64,000 nt of DNA from Planctomycetia bacterium TMED53. GTDB lineage: Bacteria > Planctomycetota > UBA8108 > UBA1146. The notes beneath the pieces are model-generated. The model was not told the origin of the DNA, made no database searches, and saw only the letters and a list, made by a program, of their open reading frames with translations. The stretch spans positions 2,188-66,187 of the forward strand of contig NHDG01000117.1 in the NCBI GenBank assembly GCA_002167285.1. The letters run 5' to 3'. Of the stretch, positions 1-9,841 are shown piece after piece. Position numbers and translations under genes: made by a program. The number at the start of each line of letters is the position of its first letter. Position 1 is the stretch's first letter.

Positions 1-606
1 TTCAGTGATCTCGGCTCGGGTGAGCAGAATGGAATGCGAATCTTCAGCGTTTCCGGCGATATTCAACGGCCGGGAAATTATGAAGTGCCGGTTGGTACTC
101 CACTGCGCCAATTGCTCGTTGAGTTTGCAGGAGGGCCACTCCCCGGACGTGAGATCCAGGGAGTCACCATGGCAGGAGTCAGTGGGGGGTTGGTCGGGGC
201 AGAAGATCTCGACGTACGCCTTGACCCCGCTTCTCTCGATGGGCTCGGAGCGATGCTTGGTGCCGGGGGAATCGTTGTTCACGACGACACTCGTTGCATG
301 ATCAAGGCTGCTCGCGAAAGTATGCATTTCCTCAAAGAAGAGTCGTGTGGGAAGTGTTTCCCATGCCGCATTGGTACCACTCGCATGACCGAGATTTTGG
401 ATGAATTAGGTTCAGGTGAACCGGTTCGTGCCGGTGTCATGGATGAGATCGCCGACCTGGAAGAAGTGCTCGGCGAAACCAGCGCTTGCGGACTTGGCCT
501 TGCAGCACCCTACATCACTCGCATGTTGAAAAAGTACTGGCCTGACCAAATTCAGGAACGCTTGAATGGGACTACACCACACTCCAAAGGAGTCACTGAT
601 GAGTAA
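1..606 (+). CDS. NuoF-like FMN/NAD-binding flavoprotein subunit (formate dehydrogenase beta / FdsB-HydB-like), C-terminal part; the 5' end lies outside the window
   Basis: Frame 1 is open from base 1 (FSDLGSGEQNGMRIFSVSGDIQRPGNYEVP...). The 4Fe-4S motif ESCGKCFPCRIGT is typical of the NuoF/51-kDa family. Stop TAA is at 604-606, overlapping the ATG of the downstream fdhA. Confidence 0.8.
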   Translation, partial: FSDLGSGEQNGMRIFSVSGDIQRPGNYEVPVGTPLRQLLVEFAGGPLPGREIQGVTMAGVSGGLVGAEDLDVRLDPASLDGLGAMLGAGGIVVHDDTRCMIKAARESMHFLKEESCGKCFPCRIGTTRMTEILDELGSGEPVRAGVMDEIADLEEVLGETSACGLGLAAPYITRMLKKYWPDQIQERLNGTTPHSKGVTDE

Positions 607-3367
607 TGACAACCGAATGATCATCGATGGTGAAGAGGTGTCCTTCCAGACGGGTGAAACCGTTTTGGAGGTGGCCCGCCGTCAAGGTTCATTCGTTCCA
701 ACCTTGTGTTACGACGAGAGGCTTGATCCTTATGGGTCGTGTCGCCTTTGTGTGGTCGAGGTCGAGGGACGTCGCCTTCCCGCTTCCTCTTGTACTTTGA
801 AGGCAGAACCGGGCATGGATATTCGCACCGGTAGCGATTCCATCCGGAAGATGCAAACCACATTGGTCGAGATGGTGCTCTCTGAAAACCCTGATGATGA
901 GTGCCCGCGCTGTCGGGACATTGGCACCTGCGAAGTTCACGAACTCGCCGATCATTTTGATGTGGGCAGGGAGCGATTCCTGGGTGAGATCAGCAACGCA
1001 TCGAAAGACGATTCCAATCCTTTCTTGCTGCGGGATTACGACCGCTGCATCTCCTGTTACCGCTGTGTTCGCATCTGTGATGAAGTCGAGGCGGATCACG
1101 CCATCACCATGACCGGTCGTGGATGGAATAAGGGTATCGCCACCGCTTTCGACGGTGGATTGATGGACAGCGATTGCACCCTTTGTGGCCAATGTATCTA
1201 CACTTGTCCGACCGGTGCTCTTGCCGACAAGAAGATGGTTGGGCAAGGAGAGATTCCCGGTGAAGTGGAAGTCACTCGCAGCGTCTGCCCATATTGCGGA
1301 ACCGGTTGCTCGATCAACCTTCACAGTCGTGATGGCAAGATGATCGGCGTGACACCGGTCCTCGACGGTCCAGTGAATGAGGGAGCACTCTGCGTGAAAG
1401 GGCAGTTTGGGTTCGACTTTGTCAATTCCAAAGATCGCCTGACACGCCCGTTGATCCGCAAGAACGGTGAACTCACACCAGTATCTTGGGATGAAGCTCT
1501 CGATTACACCGCACAAAAACTGCAGAGTGTGCTCGACGATCATGGGCCCAAGGCGTTCTACGCCATCGCTAGTGGACGTGCCCCTGGTGAAGGGGCATAC
1601 ATGTTGCAGAAGTTCACGCGGGCTGTGATGAACTCGAACCAAATCGACAACTGTTCGCGTGGCTGACACAGCCCAACTGTCGCCGGTCTGGCGGCATCCA
1701 TAGGGCGTGGAGCAATGTCAAACTCGATCCCAGAGATCGAAGATTCAAAGATGATGCTGTGTGTTGGCACTAACATGACAGAGTGCCATCCCATCATCGC
1801 AGTGCGGGTGAAAAAGGCTGTTCGCAAAGGGGCAAAGCTTTACGTAGTCGATCCGCGGAAGATTCCACTCACAGAATATGCGGATGGACACCTGCCCCTC
1901 AAGTTGGGCTCGGATGTCGCACTCTTTAATGCCATGGCCAAGGTCATCATCGATGAGGGCCTCGCCGATATGGATTACATCAATGAGCGAACCGAAGGCT
2001 TCGAGGAATTAAAAGCCCATCTGGAGCCTTTCACCCCTGAGTATGCAGAGGGAATTTCTGGGGTGCCTGCGGAGTTGATTCGCGAGTGCGCCATCGAATA
2101 TGCGAGCGCAGAAAGTGCTGGCATTTACTACACACTCGGAATCACAGAGCACATTTGCGGAGTCAGTAATGTTCAGAGCCTATGCAATTTGGCTTTGATC
2201 ACCGGAAATCTGGGCAAAAAATCTGCGGGCGTAAATCCATTGCGGGGACAGAACAACATTCAGGGTGCTGGGGATTGTGGAGCATTGCCGAACAATTACC
2301 CCGGGTTCCAGCAGGTGGAGGACCCTGTAAGCCAAGCGAAGTTTGAAAAAGCATGGGGCGCCCCCATGGATCCGAAGAAGGGGATCACCAAGATTGCTGC
2401 TCTCGACCATGCAGTAGATGGCCGAATCAAAGCGATGTGGATCTGTGGTGAGAATACCCTCGTCACCGATCCGGATGTCAAACACACCACTAAGGCGTTG
2501 GAATCTCTCGACTTCCTCATCGTGCAGGACATGTTCCTTACAGATACAGCTAAGTTAGCAGATGTGGTCTTCCCTGCTGCAGCATTCACAGAGGTGGATG
2601 GCTTCTTCACTAACTCTGACCGTCGGGTCCAAAGAATTCGTAAAGCTGCAGACCCCCCTGGAAAGTCTCAGCCGGATTGGTGGATCATCTCCAATGTCGC
2701 CAAGAGGATGAAGACATTGGTACATTTCGATTACGCCAATAGCGAAGAGGTCTTCGATGAGTTGGCTTCTTTGTCGCCGATTTATGCGGGATTGACCTAC
2801 GATCGAATCGAGAAAGGTGATCTCTCCTGGCCGGTGCCCGATCGTGAACACCCTGGAACTCCAGTACTTCACGAAGGGGAATTCCTCAACGGCAAAGGCA
2901 AGTTGCAGCTCCTCGATTACGTTCCTCCGTCAGAAAATCCGGATGAAGAATATCCTTATTACCTGACGACAGGTCGCAGGTTGCCGACTTACCACACCAA
3001 TACGATGACTGGTCGATCCGGTGGTTTCCGAATCCTGGTTCCCAACGAGTGGTTGGAAGTTCATCCCGCCGATGCGGATCGGTTGGGTTTGGATGACGGA
3101 GATTGGGCACGAATTCGGTCACGAAGGGGGGATGTGGTGACGCGAGTTGCGATCACGAGAACTTCTCCACGTGGAACCGTCTTTATGAGCTTCGCCTTCC
3201 CCGAAGAAGTGATGACGAACTTCGTCACTAATCCGGATGTGGATCCCATCACTGAGACTCCAGAGTTCAAAGTGGCGGCAGTCTCCATCGAAAAGGTTGA
3301 GGCTCCGACCGGGTTGGGTGCTGAACAAGCTCTGAGAGCAGATCCGGAAGAGCCGGGCGTTGTCTGA
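599..3367 (+). CDS. fdhA: Formate dehydrogenase alpha subunit (molybdopterin oxidoreductase), selenocysteine-containing; in-frame UGA at 1664-1666
   Basis: ORFs 566..1666 and 1715..3367 share one frame and are separated only by TGA 1664-1666. The N-terminus has 2Fe-2S (CYDERLDPYGSCRLCVVEV) and 4Fe-4S motifs (CISCYRCVRIC, CTLCGQCIYTCP, CPYCGTGCS). The junction NCSRG-[UGA]-HSPTVAGLAASIGRGAMSNSIPEIE matches, from memory, the E. coli FdhF Sec region (ARV-U-HGPSVAGL..GNGAMSN). ATG 599 is preceded by aaagga. Confidence 0.85.
1678..1696 (+). promoter_or_regulatory. SECIS-like hairpin directing Sec insertion at UGA 1664
   Basis: A 7-bp stem, tgtcgcc (1678-1684) / ggcggca (1690-1696, one G-U pair), with a GGUCU loop. 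It begins 12 nt after the UGA. It covers the V-A-G-L codons, where the E. coli fdhF SECIS apical GGUCUG sits as I recall it. Confidence 0.6.
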
Positions 3368-4490
3368 ACCTGGAACAGAAGATGGTTTCCCTGTCACTGG
3401 TCATGGAGGTCATTTCGGCATAGGTTCGCCTGCGACGCTCTCGATTCATGGGCGTGAGGTGAGCATCTCAGGTAAAGAGGTTTCCAAGGTCACTCTCGAC
3501 TTGTACCAATGTGAGGCGAGTATCGTCGGGAAATGCCTCGATGTTCTCGATACCTCGCAGCAGGTGGGCTTTTCCACAGTCAATCCGCAAGTATACGCCC
3601 GGTTGCAGGAAATCGCGCCGGCAGATTTATCTGAAGAGCTGACGGCGATGGCTGGAGTTCTGTACCGGTCGCAAAAATCTACCAAGCAGCTTTACTGGGT
3701 TTCAGGGATCTTGGTGAGCTTGCTTCTTGTCAGCGGTTTTCTCTTCTTGAAACAAGTGACACTCAATGTCGTCAATTGGGTTCCCGTTGAAATCGATCAA
3801 ACCATCGGCGAGCCGATTCATGAGTTGATGCTCAAAGAGTACGTAATTGTGGAGGACCCTGTGCTGCTACAAGCGACGGGGAAGATCTTCGATTCGTTAT
3901 TGCCACATCTTCCAATCGAGGGTTTGAAACCCCATTGGACTTTGGTCAAGAGCCCTGTCGTCAATGCGTACTGCCTTCCTGGTGGAGCGATCACTATCTT
4001 CACAGGGTTGTTGAAGGATGCAGAGTCTCCGGATGAGGTTGCGGCAGTCTTGGCGCATGAGTTGGCCCATGCCACAGAGCGACATGGATTACGCCAGATG
4101 GCTCAAAGTGCATCGGTGGCCTTGGCGATCCAACTGTCATTGGGAGATTTGGGTGGAGTCGCAGCCGCAGGCGGCGAAGCCGCGCATAGCCTACTCAGCA
4201 AAGGCTATAGTCGAGATCATGAGCGGGAGGCTGACGCGATCGGTTTGAAGATGCTGACAGCCGCGGGGTGGAAACCCCTCGCGATGTCGAACTTTTTCGA
4301 GCGGCTTGCCCAAAAAGGTGGAGGTGATCAGCCTCCTGCCTGGTTTTCAACCCATCCTCATCCTGGGGAACGGGCCCAGGTGATTCGCGAGGTAGTGGCT
4401 TCCGAAAGTGCTGGCGAGATGAATCGCAAGACCGCATCGCCCCCGGAGATCGACTGGCAAGCTGTGCAGGAAGCATTGGGGAAACTCTAG
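3360..4490 (+). CDS. M48-family zinc metalloprotease, membrane-anchored
   Basis: HExxH motif (AHELAHATERH), TM segment LYWVSGILVSLLLVSGFLFL, and C-terminal STHPHPGER, which is typical of M48 peptidases. The TTG start at 3360 is uncertain. Confidence 0.7.
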   Translation: MSEPGTEDGFPVTGHGGHFGIGSPATLSIHGREVSISGKEVSKVTLDLYQCEASIVGKCLDVLDTSQQVGFSTVNPQVYARLQEIAPADLSEELTAMAGVLYRSQKSTKQLYWVSGILVSLLLVSGFLFLKQVTLNVVNWVPVEIDQTIGEPIHELMLKEYVIVEDPVLLQATGKIFDSLLPHLPIEGLKPHWTLVKSPVVNAYCLPGGAITIFTGLLKDAESPDEVAAVLAHELAHATERHGLRQMAQSASVALAIQLSLGDLGGVAAAGGEAAHSLLSKGYSRDHEREADAIGLKMLTAAGWKPLAMSNFFERLAQKGGGDQPPAWFSTHPHPGERAQVIREVVASESAGEMNRKTASPPEIDWQAVQEALGKL

Positions 4491-6190
4491 TGCTGACAGC
4501 TTCAGAGCCACGGACTCAACAAAATGTTCTCTTGCTGTTGTTGTTATTCGGTTTTTATCTACTGGTGGCTTCTTCGACGACACTTTGGGATCGAGACGAA
4601 CCAAGATTCGCCCGCGCGGCTGTAGAGATGTGGCACAGCGGTGATTACATGGTTCCCCGATTCAATGGGGAGCTGCGCCCGGATAAGCCACCTCTGGTGT
4701 ATTGGTGCATGAATCCATGGATCAGCTGGTTTGGCGCGACCGATCTTGCGGTCCGAATGCCATCCATCATCGGTTCATTGGTGATGGCGCTCGCCACTTT
4801 CCATATCGGTCGAAACCTGGGGGGAATCCGCGTCGGTCGAAGGGCCTTATGGCTTCTTCTTTGCATGCCCTTGCCGATCTTTATCGGGACTGCAGCAACT
4901 GCCGATGGAACCTTGCTCGCAGGTGTGACCGTTTCCCTGGCGGTATTGGTGGATCGATTGATCCAAGGGCAGAGATCGGGGCATGGGGTGATTTTGTTTG
5001 CGGCATTGTCATGCGCGCTGCTGGCGAAGGGCCCTGTGGGTTTGGCGCCTTTCTGGTTAGGAACAGTCTTCATCGCTTGGGTGGGGAAAGATGATTTGCG
5101 GTGGGATCGTCGATGGTGGTGGGAAGCCTTCGCTGCCACAGCCATCGCGCTACTTTGCTTTTTGGCGTGGGGTTGGCCCGCGAATGAGCAAACAGGTGGC
5201 GAGCTCGCACGATTAGGTTTGGGTCGACATGTATTTCAACGCATCGCTGAGCCGTTGGAGAGTCACGGTGGATCAGGCCTTTTCGGATGGTTGGTATCCT
5301 TGCCGTTTTACCTTCCGGTTTTGTTCTTGGGTGCTGCTCCCGCTTCAGCTCTGTTGATCCCTGGGATTGTTAAAAGAAAAGGGTTCTCAAATGAGCAGAG
5401 ACGCGTGTGGTGGATTCTCGCAAGCCTGATCCTTCCCGTGTTTCTGCTGATGACTTTGGTGGCGACGAAATTGCCCCACTACATTTTGGCAACCTTTCCA
5501 GGTGTTGCGGTTGCTTGCTCTTGGTATTGGTCCCAGCACTCAGAGCAGATCAGTACCTCTTCAAAGTCACTCGCTGAAAAGATTGGTGTTTGGATCACAA
5601 TACTTCTACTCGCCACTTTGGGAATCGCTTGGGTCTTCGCCGTCGAAGAGATCAGTGGTTCGGTGATGGTTGCGATCCCCACAGCTGCGATTTTCCTGTC
5701 TGCAGCAATCAGTGTGCTCTATTGGGAACGGCAAGCTTCCTTTTATTCGCTCAAGGCTCCTGGAGGAACCGCTGCATTGGTAGCACTGGGCATCGGGTCT
5801 TTGTTGATGGGGGCGGGGCACCTCGAGCCTGATTGCAAGGTAGCCCAACCCATCGCAGAGCAGGTCAAATCAGCAGAGGGTTCGTTTGCGAGGGCTCAAG
5901 TTTCTACTCTGAACTACTTTGAGCCTTCTCTGCTCTTTGCTTTGAACCCGGAACCACTCGTTGGAGCTAAAGCCATCCCCGAGTTGAGTGGGGACAGTTT
6001 GAATCATTGGCTCGTTGATGAGGGGCCAGCATGGTTGGTCACGGCCGTTGAGGTGGGGAAAGAGAATCCCCATTCCGCCACGCTTTCAGAATCAACGAGA
6101 GTTGAAAGACGTTGGCAGAAGAAGATCTTTAACTATTCCAATGGCCGTTGGCTCGTTGTCGAACTTTGGCTCAGGTCTCCCGTGGGTTGA
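4490..6190 (+). CDS. ArnT/PMT-like (GT39/GT83, PMT_2) integral-membrane glycosyltransferase
   Basis: Polytopic membrane protein. The N-terminal LWDRDEPRFARAAVEM...RPDKPPLVYW signature is characteristic of ArnT-like lipid/undecaprenyl-linked glycosyltransferases. The GTG start overlaps the upstream stop by 1 nt. Confidence 0.7.
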   Translation: MLTASEPRTQQNVLLLLLLFGFYLLVASSTTLWDRDEPRFARAAVEMWHSGDYMVPRFNGELRPDKPPLVYWCMNPWISWFGATDLAVRMPSIIGSLVMALATFHIGRNLGGIRVGRRALWLLLCMPLPIFIGTAATADGTLLAGVTVSLAVLVDRLIQGQRSGHGVILFAALSCALLAKGPVGLAPFWLGTVFIAWVGKDDLRWDRRWWWEAFAATAIALLCFLAWGWPANEQTGGELARLGLGRHVFQRIAEPLESHGGSGLFGWLVSLPFYLPVLFLGAAPASALLIPGIVKRKGFSNEQRRVWWILASLILPVFLLMTLVATKLPHYILATFPGVAVACSWYWSQHSEQISTSSKSLAEKIGVWITILLLATLGIAWVFAVEEISGSVMVAIPTAAIFLSAAISVLYWERQASFYSLKAPGGTAALVALGIGSLLMGAGHLEPDCKVAQPIAEQVKSAEGSFARAQVSTLNYFEPSLLFALNPEPLVGAKAIPELSGDSLNHWLVDEGPAWLVTAVEVGKENPHSATLSESTRVERRWQKKIFNYSNGRWLVVELWLRSPVG

Positions 6191-6972
6191 AATCGACTGA
6201 TCCAAAATGCGCAACAAAAAGCTCCTAGTATGAATCCCGGAAGGGTATCGGACGGCCAATGTTCTGCTGTCAAAACTCTTGTGGCACAGAGCCAAATCCC
6301 CGAGCAAATCCATAGTGGACTCATACGAGGAAAGAGGACACAGAGGAGCATTACCATCACTCCGGCAGCGGTGGAGTGCCCCGAAGGTAAACTGTGATGG
6401 CTGTGTTCGAACGAGATGGGTTGCCAATCGGGAAACGCGCGATAGATCAGTTCGTTCGGTCGGCCACGACCGATCAACACCTTCAATCCTTGGGCCAAAA
6501 CACCTGCGGTAACCGCGCCTAGAAATGCTCCTTGAATAGGAACTTGGAACCGATTCCAACCGGAAATGAATCGAGTCAGTAGAGTTAGCACAAGTAACAC
6601 GAACAAGACGGCATAACCCTCTGCCAGATGAGTCGTCACCGATGCCACACGGCGAAGGGTAAAAAGCCAACTGGGAGCGGCGCCCGGTTGATCAGCAGGA
6701 TCGTAAGTACGACGAACCTCCAAGATGGTTTGTTGATCAAAAGTGATGCCTTCGACACTTCCAGGCTTCCATTGTTTCTGTGGAGCTTCACCTTCAAGTT
6801 GATGGAACTGATCCCAGGCCTCATAAGCAGGATTATTGGAAAAGTTGAAGAGGGGTACCTGGGAAGCGATGAAGAAGAGAACCAGAGTGACAAAGATCAG
6901 TAGGCTCCAGCGACGCAATCCGGCAAATTGCAGAGGATTCCACTTCGAAGAGATCAGCGGTTGATTTATCAA
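6133..6972 (-). CDS. PAP2-superfamily phosphatase (lipid phosphate / lipid A phosphatase-like)
   Basis: All three PAP2 motifs are present: KVLIGRGRP, PSGHS, TRVLTAEHWPSD. The protein is multi-TM. It has a 4-nt overlap with radA upstream. Confidence 0.8.
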   Translation of the reverse strand: MINQPLISSKWNPLQFAGLRRWSLLIFVTLVLFFIASQVPLFNFSNNPAYEAWDQFHQLEGEAPQKQWKPGSVEGITFDQQTILEVRRTYDPADQPGAAPSWLFTLRRVASVTTHLAEGYAVLFVLLVLTLLTRFISGWNRFQVPIQGAFLGAVTAGVLAQGLKVLIGRGRPNELIYRAFPDWQPISFEHSHHSLPSGHSTAAGVMVMLLCVLFPRMSPLWICSGIWLCATRVLTAEHWPSDTLPGFILGAFCCAFWISRFQPTGDLSQSSTTSQRPLE

Positions 6973-8342
6973 TCGACAAACCTGCGCGCCAATTGAGCCA
7001 GCTCGGGAACTTCATGAACCTTCATACCCTTTGGACCCGCATCCTCGAGACTGCCCGGAGCAACGCAGGCGATGTTAAAGCCCAACCTCGCCGATTCTTC
7101 GAGGCGTTGCCGCGTTCCCGCTACCGGACGTACTTCGCCTAGTAGCCCGACTTCTCCTGCGAAAACCAAATCCTTGGGAAGTGGGCGATCATGGAATGAT
7201 GAGAGGAGCGCTGCGGCGAGTGCCAGGTCCCCAGCGGTTCCGCGAAGTTTAACGCCGCCGACGACATTGGCGTGAATGTCGCAGCCACCAAGGGGAATTC
7301 CTAATCGCTTTTCGAGAACAGCTGCGAGCATTGAGAGCCGTGCGCTATCGATCCCTGAACACTTTCTTGCTGGAGAGCCATGGGCGGTAGGGCTCACCAA
7401 TGCCTGAACTTCGAGGAGTAGCGGCCGGGTGCCTTCGAGAATGGCAGCCGTCGCCGATCCGGGAGAGGCGTTCGAGCGGTCGGAGAGGAGTAACCCGGAA
7501 GGGTTATCGACTTCATGGAGTCCGTCCGCACGCATTTCAAAGATGCCGACCTCTTCCGTGGATCCAAATCTGTTTTTCAGACCTCGAAGGATTCTCAGTG
7601 CGTTTCCACGTTCACCTTCAAACTGTAGAACTCCATCGACCATGTGTTCGAGAGTTCTTGGGCCGGCAACGCTTCCATCTTTAGTGACGTGACCGACGAG
7701 AAGGAGGGCAAATCCTTCGCGGCGAGCGAGGGAGATCAAGCGCGCCGTAACTTCTCGAACCTGGACGACACCTCCCGCACCGGCTGGAAGATCATCCCAG
7801 CGTACGGTTTGGATGCTGTCGATTCCGACGACTGCGGGGGAGGTCTCTTTGATTTGAGCTTCGATCGCATCGAGATCACACTCTGAGAGGAGCCACAGCT
7901 GTTCATCGGCGACACCGATGCGATCCGCGCGCAATCGGACCTGCGCTGCAGATTCTTCTCCAGTGACGTAAAGAAAGCGCTGGTCTCTTGTTGTCGCAGA
8001 AGCAACAGAATGGGCCAGCTGTAGTAAAAGCGTAGACTTGCCGATCCCCGGTTCACCTGAAAGGAGGATGCCGCTTCCAGGAACGAGCCCTCCACCGAGA
8101 ACCCTATCCACTTCACCCATGCCAGAGCTGACCCGGTCCTCCTCACGCGCTTCCACCTCACCGATGGGGACCGCAGCGCTTTTTTCACCGGTTAGCCGAG
8201 GTGTGGAGTTCCCGGGCTTTTCAGCTTTCACCTTGTGTTCCGAAAGGGAGTTGAAGGTACCGCAGTCAGGGCAGCGGCCCATATAGCGTTCGTGGGTCGA
8301 CCCACACTCCAAGCATAGATAAACAGTGTGAGCTTTGGCCAT
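6969..8342 (-). CDS. radA: DNA repair protein RadA/Sms
   Basis: N-terminal C4 zinc finger (CLECGSTHERYMGRCPDCG), Walker A GEPGIGKST, KNRFG motif and a Lon-like C-terminal domain. Confidence 0.95.
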   Translation of the reverse strand: MAKAHTVYLCLECGSTHERYMGRCPDCGTFNSLSEHKVKAEKPGNSTPRLTGEKSAAVPIGEVEAREEDRVSSGMGEVDRVLGGGLVPGSGILLSGEPGIGKSTLLLQLAHSVASATTRDQRFLYVTGEESAAQVRLRADRIGVADEQLWLLSECDLDAIEAQIKETSPAVVGIDSIQTVRWDDLPAGAGGVVQVREVTARLISLARREGFALLLVGHVTKDGSVAGPRTLEHMVDGVLQFEGERGNALRILRGLKNRFGSTEEVGIFEMRADGLHEVDNPSGLLLSDRSNASPGSATAAILEGTRPLLLEVQALVSPTAHGSPARKCSGIDSARLSMLAAVLEKRLGIPLGGCDIHANVVGGVKLRGTAGDLALAAALLSSFHDRPLPKDLVFAGEVGLLGEVRPVAGTRQRLEESARLGFNIACVAPGSLEDAGPKGMKVHEVPELAQLARRFVD

Positions 8343-8449
8343 CGATCTCCCTCAAATCGGTTACGGTCATTCCCCTCCACCTTGGCCCCAAACTGAAGCC
8401 AGGTCCAGTCTTCGTCGACAGGTGTACTCAAAAGGAGTCCTGATCGGGT

Positions 8450-9841
8450 CTATTCTTCGAGTCCTATTACCAGATTGCGGAAGTGTTCTCCACGCTCCTC
8501 GAAGGAAGTGTATTGATCATAGGAGGGAAATGCGGGGCTGAGCAGAATCGTGTCCCCGGGTTGGCAAAGATCTACTGCCGATTCAAAGGCCTCATCCAAG
8601 TGGTCGCAGCGCCTTGCCAAGTTGTGAGGGGCTCGACTTTTGATTGCTCCCAGAAGGCGATCAGCTGAATCTCCATAGGCGAAGATATGAATGTTTCGCT
8701 TTGAAATCGAGGATGCCAAAGGGTCGAGGTCGATCCCTTTATCTTTACCTCCGCAGAGCCAAATGACTCGACCTTCAATACGGTCGAGAGCGGAGATGGT
8801 GGCATCTGGCGTCGTTGCTTTGGAGTCATTGATGAATGTTACGCCGTTTTTGCGAGTAACCACCTCGAACCGGTGTGGCAAGCCGCTGAAGCTTTTTGCC
8901 GCGGTCTGACAACCTTCTTTAGTGGCTCCAAGTTTTTTGGCGAGGGTCATTGCCAGGGCGAGGTTGGAGCGGCCGGTGACGCCGTCCAGATTTGGATTGG
9001 CAGAAGCGTAGTCATTCGTTTGTAACTCTGGATCGATCATCGAAATCAGATTTGGTGTGGTTTCCAGCTCTGAAATGGCGGCCACAAATGGGGAATCAGG
9101 GGCGGCGATCACCGATTGAGATTGTCGATGAGGTGGTCTCAACAGATTCAGTTTTGCTTGAAAGTAAGTTTCTTCATCGCCGTGCCAATCGAGATGATCG
9201 GGTGCAAAGGGAGTCAGGGCGACCACAGGAGGGCGAGGTATTTCAGTCCCCAGGCGTGAAGCTTGAAAAGAAGAAATCTCTACAATCCATCGGGTCTCAG
9301 TGGAGCAGCTTTCAAGCTGGCTCAGGAGGCTACCGCCAAAGTTACCACCTACCCGAACTGGAAGTCCGGAGGCGCTGATCATGTCGTGGGCGAGAGCGCA
9401 AACGGTGCTTTTCCCATTGGTTCCTGTCACAGCCGCGAGGTGTTGGTGGGGGGCCCAGGCAAGGAAGAGCCCCAGTTCTGTTACGGGGCGTACTCCAGAT
9501 TCATAGACGTGCTGCAAAAAGGGAGCAGCGGGAGGGATCGCTGGATTGATGACGGCCCAATCGATTCCTCGGAGGTGATCGGCCTGATGACCACCCAGGT
9601 GGATGTTCTCTTCAGGGATGATGGAATCGATCAACTCGATGGAGGCGTTCAATGTCGAACGTGGTGCGTGATCACTGACGGTGACGATTGCCCCTTTGGA
9701 GTGAAGGAAATGGACCAGGTCGGTCCCTCCTCCATGGGTGCCCAGACCAAGGACGAGAACTTTGAGGCCTTCCAGTTGATCGGGACCTCTGTCGGGGCCC
9801 AAAAAATCTAACTGCTCGAAACGAATGATCGGCTGATTCAC
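8450..9841 (-). CDS. murD: UDP-N-acetylmuramoyl-L-alanine--D-glutamate ligase
   Basis: N-terminal Rossmann segment VLVLGLGTHGG, Mur-ligase P-loop GTNGKST, 463 aa. Confidence 0.9.
   Translation of the reverse strand: MNQPIIRFEQLDFLGPDRGPDQLEGLKVLVLGLGTHGGGTDLVHFLHSKGAIVTVSDHAPRSTLNASIELIDSIIPEENIHLGGHQADHLRGIDWAVINPAIPPAAPFLQHVYESGVRPVTELGLFLAWAPHQHLAAVTGTNGKSTVCALAHDMISASGLPVRVGGNFGGSLLSQLESCSTETRWIVEISSFQASRLGTEIPRPPVVALTPFAPDHLDWHGDEETYFQAKLNLLRPPHRQSQSVIAAPDSPFVAAISELETTPNLISMIDPELQTNDYASANPNLDGVTGRSNLALAMTLAKKLGATKEGCQTAAKSFSGLPHRFEVVTRKNGVTFINDSKATTPDATISALDRIEGRVIWLCGGKDKGIDLDPLASSISKRNIHIFAYGDSADRLLGAIKSRAPHNLARRCDHLDEAFESAVDLCQPGDTILLSPAFPSYDQYTSFEERGEHFRNLVIGLEE

Noticed and set aside
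1664-1666. TGA splitting fdhA, read as a nonsense mutation or pseudogene, or as two separate genes (566..1666 and 1715..3367).
   Set aside because: Both parts share one frame. The TGA aligns with the catalytic Sec/Cys position, and a SECIS-like hairpin follows. Recoding is the simpler explanation.
689-1669. Long antisense or shadow ORFs overlapping well-supported genes. Examples: 689..1669(-), 6092..6670(-), 9263..9811(+), 11927..12448(-), 18382..19116(+), 36063..36731(+), 37377..38105(+), 42492..43151(+), 43164..43685(+), 44732..45241(+), 39656..40171(-).
   Set aside because: Each lies opposite or out of frame to a gene with clear family motifs. Their translations are low-complexity or Arg/Ser/Gly-rich with no recognisable motifs, which is typical of shadow ORFs.
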